The position numbers and the translations under genes were made by a program. A DNA stretch of 64,000 nucleotides from Candidatus Hermodarchaeota archaeon (GTDB lineage Archaea; Asgardarchaeota; Lokiarchaeia; Sigyniarchaeales; SOKP01): contig JBHLLP010000002.1 of the NCBI GenBank assembly GCA_048885525.1, forward strand, positions 64,001 to 128,000, read 5' to 3'. Below the pieces are notes generated by a model that worked only from the letters and a program-made list of their open reading frames with translations, ran no database searches and was not told the origin of the DNA. Positions 56,767-64,000 of the stretch are shown here, piece after piece. Every line of letters starts with the position of its first letter. The first letter of the stretch is position 1.

Positions 56767-58329
56767 TTATTTTTTTTCCTCGAGTTTTTTAATTAGTCCA
56801 AATTTTATTATAATTGCAGAACTTATAACAATGATAATAAAGATGATCCAAATTGCTTCATAAGTCCAAATGTTCGTATACCATAGAGGTTTTGTTAAAT
56901 TATTGAATTTATAAGGAGAATTTGTCTTTACCCATTTAACGCCTAGACACCATAATTGAGAATATCTTTCTTTTGCTTCTATTGTATATACAATTGTTGG
57001 TATATTTGATTCAAATAAAGCTTGGTATCCTTTATTTGAATATTTATCACCAGTATTAATATAAGAAAAATTATAAGGAGAAGATTCAAAATCGTTTAGG
57101 GAGGGAGAACCACGCATTCCTAATAAAATCTCTGCTGCACGATTATTTATCATTTCAATCCATTCAATGTCACTGGTTGGAATCATAATTTTATCCAAAT
57201 TAACACCAGAATCAATAGTCATATTTAGGAGAATTTCATAAAAGTCATCATAGAAGGGATGACCTGAGTCTGGTCTATAAGGATCAAAATCTAGATAAAG
57301 ATCATTATCACGTGTAAAGTTAAGAACTTGTTCAAAAGTAGGTATTTTTATTCCTCTATATGATTCTGCTTGTGATTTTGATATAATTCCTTTTGAAATA
57401 GTATCAAAAGGATCCTTTTTTATAAACCAAGAACCAGCATCTAATTCTTGGAGTTCTGAAAAAGTAAAACTCTCTGCTTTGTCATTTTTTCTATTAGGAA
57501 AATGATCTGAAATATTAGTTGTTCTCAGTAATAGATCGTCATGCATTAAAAAGGGAACTCCATCAAAACTAATCCGAATATCAACTTCCCAACCCACCAC
57601 CAAATCATAATCAAGCACCGCAATACCTGACTCGATTGTGTTTTCTGGAGCAAGAGAAGAAGCTCCTCTATGTGCTATTAGATCTGGTTTAGAAGGTAAT
57701 TCTCCGTAGATAACAGTTGTAGGTATATATAATATGGGAAAAATATAAGCAAAGAGGTATAAAGAAATAAGGCAAGAAAAAATGAATTTTGATTTCTTAT
57801 TTGGATCAATAAATTTTTCAGAAAGGTAATTTTTAATTTTTGGAAAAATCTTGATTATTGGATATAGTGTTATAATAAGAAGGATATCAAGGAGAAAAAA
57901 GAAAAAGATACTATAAAAATCCAAAACATATAGGATTTTTTTATATTCACCAAACATATCAAGAAAGTATAATATCACAATAAATAAAAGAGTGTAAAAA
58001 ACAATTAGAACAATTGGTAATATTCTATTTAATTTATGAGGGGAAATTTCATCCCTTTTTGTAAATCGCTTAATATTAATGAAACTTAGTGCCAAACCAT
58101 ATGGTAAAGGTAATATTAGAACTATTCTTACTAAAAGAATAATATCAAAATCAAATCCTACCCAACTTGATACCTCTGAATTAATTTCATACCAATAGGG
58201 ATCAAGAGCATAAATTAACTCTGTAAATATTATTAAAATAACACATAAAATGACGTAAAGGACAATCCAGCGCTTCCCTTTTTTTCTTTGTAATTTATCT
58301 AATAATAACATAATATTTTTAAATAACAA
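56767..58329 (-). CDS. Six-TM glycerophosphodiester phosphodiesterase (GDE2/GDE3-like architecture)
   Basis: IAHRGAS..APENT, EVD, DGVPFLMHD, RTTN; five N-terminal and one C-terminal TM; start may be ATG 58311. Confidence 0.88.
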   Translation of the reverse strand: MLFKNIMLLLDKLQRKKGKRWIVLYVILCVILIIFTELIYALDPYWYEINSEVSSWVGFDFDIILLVRIVLILPLPYGLALSFINIKRFTKRDEISPHKLNRILPIVLIVFYTLLFIVILYFLDMFGEYKKILYVLDFYSIFFFFLLDILLIITLYPIIKIFPKIKNYLSEKFIDPNKKSKFIFSCLISLYLFAYIFPILYIPTTVIYGELPSKPDLIAHRGASSLAPENTIESGIAVLDYDLVVGWEVDIRISFDGVPFLMHDDLLLRTTNISDHFPNRKNDKAESFTFSELQELDAGSWFIKKDPFDTISKGIISKSQAESYRGIKIPTFEQVLNFTRDNDLYLDFDPYRPDSGHPFYDDFYEILLNMTIDSGVNLDKIMIPTSDIEWIEMINNRAAEILLGMRGSPSLNDFESSPYNFSYINTGDKYSNKGYQALFESNIPTIVYTIEAKERYSQLWCLGVKWVKTNSPYKFNNLTKPLWYTNIWTYEAIWIIFIIIVISSAIIIKFGLIKKLEEKK

Positions 58330-58384
58330 ATTAATTGATTAGTTTATTTTTAACTATACTTCTAATAAGATTTTTGTTTCTTTA

Positions 58385-59173
58385 TTAATTAGATGGTTCA
58401 GAAATAAATTTGGTTTCTATTGGAGGACGAGGTGGTGCTCGGTAATATATTACTGATGGATATCCCATAATCATAATACCGAATATTTCATCATTTATAC
58501 CAAATAAATTTCTAGCTATTTCTTTGTTTTCATTAAGAAATATCTGAACGCCTCCAATCCAACAAGAACCTAAACCTAATGTTTCAGCACCTAACATTGC
58601 ATAGGTTATTGCTATAACGGCATTCTTACTATCCCAATCATTTTTCGAATGGAGAATCATTATGTGAGGAGCCTTATAAAAAAATGGATCAATGTTTTCT
58701 TTTCTTTTTTTCTTATACTCTCCTCTCTCTTCTTCTGATTCTATTGCATCGATAATTGAATCTATTAAATCATTAATCTTTGTTTCATCTGAAATTACGA
58801 GGCATTTTAAAGTTCGTTTATTCATAGCTATAGGAGCATATCTTATACAATCAATAACTTTTTCAATTATATCTCTTGGAACTTTTTTATTTTGATAATG
58901 CCTAATTGACCTTTTAGAACGAATTAATCTATATATTGCTTCATACGATATTAATTCACTCGGTTCTTCAAATTCTAAAGTAGTATCGTTCATATTTTCA
59001 TAAATTATAGCATTTTCAGGACATACTGCAATACAATGCCCACACAATATGCATCTTCGGGAGTTATTGAAATTTATTTCATTGTTAGGACTATTATAGT
59101 TATCCATTGGACACTCTTTGATGCATTCTTTACACAGATTGCATCTATCAACATTTATTCCTTTAATTGGCAT
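58385..59173 (-). CDS. Nitroreductase with an N-terminal 2x[4Fe-4S] ferredoxin domain
   Basis: CNLCKECIKECP, CILCGHCIAVCP, KRSIRHY, LGLGSCWIG, MGYP. Confidence 0.92.
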   Translation of the reverse strand: MPIKGINVDRCNLCKECIKECPMDNYNSPNNEINFNNSRRCILCGHCIAVCPENAIIYENMNDTTLEFEEPSELISYEAIYRLIRSKRSIRHYQNKKVPRDIIEKVIDCIRYAPIAMNKRTLKCLVISDETKINDLIDSIIDAIESEEERGEYKKKRKENIDPFFYKAPHIMILHSKNDWDSKNAVIAITYAMLGAETLGLGSCWIGGVQIFLNENKEIARNLFGINDEIFGIMIMGYPSVIYYRAPPRPPIETKFISEPSN

Positions 59174-59390
59174 TATAATATTGAAAATTTAATAAAACAA
59201 TATTAACATTATGAATTACAGTTTTATAAATCGAATAATTAATACCTATTGATATGAAAAAAGACTCTAGGTTAAGATGGATTCTTAACAAATTCTTAAG
59301 TAGTAAATGGTTAAAATTCTTATTTTAGATTATTAGATTGACTTATCTAAGTTTTAGCTAATATTAATAATATATTCGATCTCCGATACA

Positions 59391-59441
59391 TTTATATAGG
59401 TGTCTTTCCTTTAATATCATAAGTTTTATCAAAAACTGATA
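59391..59441 (+). promoter_or_regulatory. padR promoter: TATA box with a downstream palindrome (candidate auto-operator)
   Basis: TTTATATA at 59391-59398; perfect TATCA-N5-TGATA at 59427-59441; related TCG-N5-CGA at 59376-59386; GGTGA SD at 59446-59450. Confidence 0.5.
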
Positions 59442-59460
59442 TATTGGTGAAGTTAAAAAA

Positions 59461-60111
59461 ATGTTCTTTGGCAAACGATTCAGTGGTTATCAAGGCGAAG
59501 CTTTTTCAGGGTTAGACATTTTAGTGCTTTCAATTATTAGAAATCATGAAGGGATTTCGGGATATGAAATAAGTCAAATTATTAATAAAAAGTTCAAACC
59601 CATGTGGAGAGCTTCTCCGGGAACAATATATCCTTTATTAAATAGGTTAGATGAGAAGGGATTTGTCGATACTGAAGAATTTATTGATGAAAATAATCGA
59701 CAGAAGAAGATTTACAGGATTACTATTCAGGGAATAGAGAGGTTAAAAGAGGTCCTAAAAGATAATTTCGAACACAGTATGAATACACTTGGTGATTATA
59801 TTCGTACAGTAGTAAATGCATGGTTGCCCCATGAAAAACGAATCAAGGGAGTTATGTCTTGCTTTCCTTATCATTGTGGAGCAGTTGATAGGGAAATTAA
59901 TCAAGAAGATTTTTCATTGACAAATATTAATAGAGTTGAAAGAATATTGAGTGATTTAAATTATAGTAAGGAAAGGATCTCAATTAGATTAAAGGACATA
60001 AAAACTGAAATTGAAAAATATGAAGAAATTTTAAAGAACTTAAAAAGCATGAGAGAAGCAAACATCAAAACAATTCCTATTGTTGATGATGATGAGTATG
60101 AAAATTTTTAG
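59461..60111 (+). CDS. PadR family transcriptional regulator
   Basis: SGYEI, ASPGTIYPLLNRL..KGFV, KKIYRITIQG, C-terminal coiled coil. Confidence 0.92.
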   Translation: MFFGKRFSGYQGEAFSGLDILVLSIIRNHEGISGYEISQIINKKFKPMWRASPGTIYPLLNRLDEKGFVDTEEFIDENNRQKKIYRITIQGIERLKEVLKDNFEHSMNTLGDYIRTVVNAWLPHEKRIKGVMSCFPYHCGAVDREINQEDFSLTNINRVERILSDLNYSKERISIRLKDIKTEIEKYEEILKNLKSMREANIKTIPIVDDDEYENF

Positions 60112-60159
60112 CTTGATCCAATAAAAATTATTAAAAAAATATAATAAAAACGGAGGAAA

Positions 60160-60663
60160 ATGAAAATGTGTGATGAAGATTCCCATCATCATAGTCGTGG
60201 CCATGGTCAAAAAGGAATGGTTGGTTGTTTTCCATTTGACCCTCAACAAATGCATAAAATGAAGAAGATGGCTATGCATTTTATGAGAGGTTTTATGGGG
60301 AATCAAATTCCATACAATATTGAAGATCTTGGAGATAAATATTTGATTACTGTGCCTTTACCTGGTCGTACTAAAGAAGAAGTCAAGGTTTCTTTAATTA
60401 ATAAACACCTTAACATTAAATCAGAGAAACCTAAAATTCCAGAAAAGGAAAATATAGAAGAAGCCCCAAAGGAAGAGGAGATTCCTCATGAATGTTGTGG
60501 TCCGTTTTTCCGGAAAGGATTTACTTTTATAGATGTAGATATGGATATTACTTTACCTGTTGATGCGGATACCGATACCATCGTTTCAAAAATGGCTAAT
60601 GGATTATTAAGGGTAACATTTAATAAAAAACCAGCCAAGAAAATAGACATTAGTGAGAGTTAA
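60160..60663 (+). CDS. Small heat shock protein (Hsp20/alpha-crystallin) with a His/Met-rich N-terminus
   Basis: VPLPGRTKEEVKV, ITLPVDAD, SKMANGLLRVTF, C-terminal KIDI (IxI). Confidence 0.9.
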   Translation: MKMCDEDSHHHSRGHGQKGMVGCFPFDPQQMHKMKKMAMHFMRGFMGNQIPYNIEDLGDKYLITVPLPGRTKEEVKVSLINKHLNIKSEKPKIPEKENIEEAPKEEEIPHECCGPFFRKGFTFIDVDMDITLPVDADTDTIVSKMANGLLRVTFNKKPAKKIDISES

Positions 60664-60676
60664 TCAAACATTGAAA

Positions 60677-60760
60677 TTAAAGGCGGAGCGCTTTAGACGT
60701 AAGATAATAAAGTATCCAGAAGATTACTATTGTAAAATCCAACACTAAAGCACCCCACAT
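60677..60760 (-). CDS. Candidate 27-aa hydrophobic peptide MWGALVLDFTIVIFWILYYLTSKALRL
   Basis: ATG...TAA micro-ORF with a TM-like core and basic C-terminus; its ends form a 14-bp stem. Confidence 0.3.
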   Translation of the reverse strand: MWGALVLDFTIVIFWILYYLTSKALRL

Positions 60761-60763
60761 AAT

Positions 60764-60790
60764 ATTATTTTTTTTTTATTTTTTAATTTA
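60764..60790 (+). terminator. Oligo-T archaeal terminator after padR-hsp20
   Basis: T10-A-T6 tract. Confidence 0.5.
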
Positions 60791-61090
60791 CTGTTTAATT
60801 AAAGTTTTCATTTTATAATGTTATTTACTCTACAAAAATGTTATTTTAGTTCAAAATATTAACAAAAGAAATTTTATATCTTCAATCCATTAAATTACTT
60901 CAATGAATTTAATTTATTCCTTAAAATAATCATTTAAAAACATTGATTCTCTAAAAAAATGAAAAATTAAGAATTTAAAAAAAGAAAGATTAAATAAATA
61001 AACTTTTTTAAATTATTTTTTAAGAATTGCATTTTACATTACTATTAATTTTCGATTTATTTGATTGAAATAATAAAAGTATGAGTAAAT

Positions 61091-62215
61091 ATGGAAAAAT
61101 TAAAAATTGGAATCATTGGATGCGGAATTATCTTTGATCTTAATATATTAGGTTATTTAGATCGCGATGATGTTGAGGTCACATGTCTATGCGATATTAA
61201 AAAAAGACATATTAAGGAGAAGATTGAGAAATTTAATCTAAAGTCTAACATTAAGCAATATTACAATTATAAAGAAATGCTTGACAACGAAAAAATCGAT
61301 ATTCTAGAAATTTTATTACCTCAATTTTTACATTCTGAGGTGACTCTTTATGCAGCTCAAAAAGATGTATTAGGAATAAGTGTACAGAAACCAATGGCAA
61401 ACTCTATAAAAGACTGTGATAAAATGATAAATGCTTGTAAGAAGAATAATGTAAAGCTAAAAATCTTTGAAAACTTCACTTTTTATCCACCAATTATCAG
61501 AGCGAAAGAATTATTAGAAGAAGGAATTATTGGGGAAGTGAATTCAATTCATATTAAAACTCTTGAAGCAACTAAAGGGGGATGGGATATATCTACTACT
61601 ACTTGGATATGGAGGTTAGATCCAAAATTGTGTGGAGGTGGATTGGAATGTGGATCGGCTTTTATATTTGATGATGGATTCCATAAATTTTGGTTAGCTT
61701 TGCATTTAATTGGGGCGAAAATTGAAAAAGTCTATGCATGGATTGACAGATTTAATAATTTGGATGTTCCTGCTTATATAATGTGGAAGTACTCCCCTCC
61801 AATGGATTCAGATTTTTTTGTACCTACATATGGAAGTATGGAGTTTAATTATTCTCCCCACATGACTTTACCTAGTCCTTATTATCCTGAAGATGAATTT
61901 ATATCTATTACTGGGTCAGATGGAATTATGTGGATAAATCAAGCAACTGCGGGAGGTAATATTATGTCTAAATCAGAAACTTTTCCTGCAATTGTTATCT
62001 TCCGAGATGGAAAATTAGAGACCATTTCAGATATAGAACGAGATTGGAAGTATGGATTTATAAATTCTACTCACCACTTCATTGAAGCCCTAAAAAGCAA
62101 TGGAGATCCAATATTATCAGGTGAAGAAGGAAAATATACTACACAATTTGCTTTAGCAGCTTTGAAGTCATCTATAGTTGGAAAGGAAATCAACCCAAGC
62201 AATATTAGTGAATAA
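61091..62215 (+). CDS. Gfo/Idh/MocA family oxidoreductase
   Basis: IGIIGCG, QKPMA, ELLEEGIIGEV, DDGFH. Confidence 0.92.
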   Translation: MEKLKIGIIGCGIIFDLNILGYLDRDDVEVTCLCDIKKRHIKEKIEKFNLKSNIKQYYNYKEMLDNEKIDILEILLPQFLHSEVTLYAAQKDVLGISVQKPMANSIKDCDKMINACKKNNVKLKIFENFTFYPPIIRAKELLEEGIIGEVNSIHIKTLEATKGGWDISTTTWIWRLDPKLCGGGLECGSAFIFDDGFHKFWLALHLIGAKIEKVYAWIDRFNNLDVPAYIMWKYSPPMDSDFFVPTYGSMEFNYSPHMTLPSPYYPEDEFISITGSDGIMWINQATAGGNIMSKSETFPAIVIFRDGKLETISDIERDWKYGFINSTHHFIEALKSNGDPILSGEEGKYTTQFALAALKSSIVGKEINPSNISE

Positions 62216-62243
62216 TAAATATTTCGTTTTTAATGCAAGAATT

Positions 62244-62699
62244 TTACGATTCTTTTTCACGATCTCTTATAAATTTCTTTACAGGACGAAATATTAAATA
62301 ATGCCCTTGTTGGTAAGTTTTTGTTCCATGTACAACTTTACCCAGCTTCGAACCAAAATAATACCAAAATAAATATGAAATGAATAAAAAACATGCAATA
62401 ATTTCCATACCATCTTGGTGAGTAATTTGGAAATCAATTCCGAATACTATAAAAGAATTCCATAAAAAATATCTACCACCTTCGATTTGTGGGATATTTA
62501 CCCAAGGGAGGAAATTTAACCATGACATATCAATGATATTAAAAAAAATTAAACTATCAATAGTCCACAGTACCAAGAGGAAAATTACTGCTAAAAAAAC
62601 TATCCAATCTTTATTCCGTTTACGTAAATATTTTCGATATAAGTAGGAATTTATCCAACCAACAATAAAACTCAGAATTAATCCTTCTACAAAACCCAT
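62244..62699 (-). CDS. Hypothetical membrane protein
   Basis: Three to four hydrophobic segments; abuts the upstream SDR gene. Confidence 0.72.
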   Translation of the reverse strand: MGFVEGLILSFIVGWINSYLYRKYLRKRNKDWIVFLAVIFLLVLWTIDSLIFFNIIDMSWLNFLPWVNIPQIEGGRYFLWNSFIVFGIDFQITHQDGMEIIACFLFISYLFWYYFGSKLGKVVHGTKTYQQGHYLIFRPVKKFIRDREKES

Positions 62700-63839
62700 T
62701 TAATTTTCACTCTCCAACCATTTTTTTTTAAGATACCATTCAACAGTATCTTTAGTAGCGCTTTTATAATCTGGAAACTTAAAGTTAAAACCTAAATCTT
62801 TAACTTTTTTATTAGAAAATAGATATTGATGAGTGGTATAACCCGCCATAGATAAATCAACAGGGGGTCTTGAGTTCAATTTTTTCGCCTTTTTATTTTT
62901 CCTTTCATTTAGCCAGTAAAGAAATTTCGAGAAAATCTTATAAAATGGCCACCACACGGGAAAATTGAAGTAATCAACATTTAGTAAATCTGCTAAATAT
63001 TCAAGAAAATCTTCTTGAAAGCACGTATCTAAGATAAGATTATAAGCTTCACCTATTGATTGGTCATTTTCTGCTAAAAATATAGCCGATCTAACTAAAT
63101 CTTCAACGTGAATTAAAGGCATGGCTAAACGTTTCTTTTTAGGGTAGATATGAATGCCAGGTCCAAATCCTGACTTATTAACTATCTGCATTATATGAAA
63201 AACCCCATAGATTTGATATGGTCCCATTATAGGTGCAGGTCGTATAATCGTAGCTTTTAATCGATAATCATTAATATATTCATTTAAAACTTGTTCTTGT
63301 TCCATTTTACTAATACTATAATTGTTTGGTGGGTTATAAGGTGCTATTTCATCCGTAGGAAGAGGATAGCCTTTCTTACTTTTTTGATACTTTGGTTCTC
63401 CGTAAATACCACAGGTACTCCAGTGAATAAGTCGTAGTTTATTTAAATCTTGTGTTGTACATATAATTTCAAGCAAATTTTGTATACCTCCTACGTTTAT
63501 TTTTCTTAAAAGATCTAGTTCAGCAAAATAATCATACAAGCTAGCCACATGGAAAACGATATCATATTGCTTGTCTTGAAATAAATTAATAAGTGTCCTT
63601 TTATCAGTTAAATCAGCTGGGATAAATGAAATTCTTTTATTTTCTAATATTTCAGTCATATACTTAAATCTACTACTAAAGATTGTCTCCTTCGCCATTA
63701 ATTCATTTCTTTTATCAGGTGGTAAATCTGTGGCTATTATATTCCAATCTGGTTTTGTTTCTAATATTTCTTTTATAAGGAATGTTCCAGTATGCCCTTT
63801 TGCGCCATCAACTAACACTAATTTACTCATTTTTATCAT
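62700..63839 (-). CDS. NAD-dependent epimerase/dehydratase (extended SDR)
   Basis: GAKGHTG, ADLTD, FHVAS, WST..IYG, YSISK (YxxxK), IRPA..MGP, IHVEDLV. Confidence 0.9.
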   Translation of the reverse strand: MIKMSKLVLVDGAKGHTGTFLIKEILETKPDWNIIATDLPPDKRNELMAKETIFSSRFKYMTEILENKRISFIPADLTDKRTLINLFQDKQYDIVFHVASLYDYFAELDLLRKINVGGIQNLLEIICTTQDLNKLRLIHWSTCGIYGEPKYQKSKKGYPLPTDEIAPYNPPNNYSISKMEQEQVLNEYINDYRLKATIIRPAPIMGPYQIYGVFHIMQIVNKSGFGPGIHIYPKKKRLAMPLIHVEDLVRSAIFLAENDQSIGEAYNLILDTCFQEDFLEYLADLLNVDYFNFPVWWPFYKIFSKFLYWLNERKNKKAKKLNSRPPVDLSMAGYTTHQYLFSNKKVKDLGFNFKFPDYKSATKDTVEWYLKKKWLESEN

Positions 63840-63872
63840 TTTAAAGAATTAATTTAATCTTTTTTATTTTGT

Positions 63873-63998
63873 TTAAATATGTACAACATACTCACAAATC
63901 TTATCACCTGCACCTATTGATTTCAACATCTCAGCCTTAACAGGCTTTTTAAGCAATGTTTTGAAAATTGTTTTTACCCAACCTAAAGAGCAATAACA
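63873..63998 (-). CDS. V4R/DUF6144-like Cys-containing protein, C-terminal part (truncated by window)
   Basis: Hand translation CYCSLGWVKTIFKTLLKKPVKAEMLKSIGAGDKICEYVVHI*. Confidence 0.7.
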   Translation of the reverse strand, partial: CYCSLGWVKTIFKTLLKKPVKAEMLKSIGAGDKICEYVVHI

Positions 63999-64000
63999 AA

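Noticed and set aside
740-60306. About 25 short antisense or overlapping ORFs in the track (e.g. 740..949, 8783..9058, 12464..12703, 17473..17760, 20721..21005, 42315..42611, 60040..60306)
   Set aside because: They overlap other called genes, mostly well supported, lack motifs, and have the I/F/L/S-rich composition typical of reverse-frame AT-rich DNA

Overview
AT-rich, gene-dense archaeal chromosomal DNA. TFB, TBP, aIF1/SUI1, a TFS-like zinc ribbon, GGAGGTGA-type ribosome-binding sites and oligo-T terminators point to an archaeon; overall gene content and style suggest an Asgard archaeon of the Lokiarchaeia/Promethearchaeota type (inference). I found no rRNA, tRNA, CRISPR array, transposase or phage gene. 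Content in order: tandem VIT1/CCC1 genes; an ATP-dependent activator with 2-hydroxyacyl-CoA dehydratase-family subunits; a GCS2 ligase, gamma-glutamylcyclotransferase and class I amidotransferase; a fused glutamate-mutase-like B12 enzyme with an opine dehydrogenase and an MFS transporter; transcription and translation factors; a GT4/GH130 cluster; UDP-GlcNAc metabolism; an AGPS-like flavoprotein, Fe-S protein and FGGY kinase; purC and purSQL; several membrane proteins. Highlights: (1) a B12 mutase lacking the glutamate-binding residues, coupled to an opine dehydrogenase; (2) several genes that apparently start at ATA/ATT/ATC, possibly including aIF1; (3) a six-TM phosphodiesterase resembling animal GDE2/GDE3; (4) a gamma-glutamyl writer/eraser module; (5) a gene with an in-frame TGA inside a bulge-helix-bulge-like hairpin; (6) a membrane protein with an RGG tail; (7) an antisense 27-aa hydrophobic peptide ORF enclosed in a 14-bp stem. 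All family assignments come from motif recognition by eye, not database searches.
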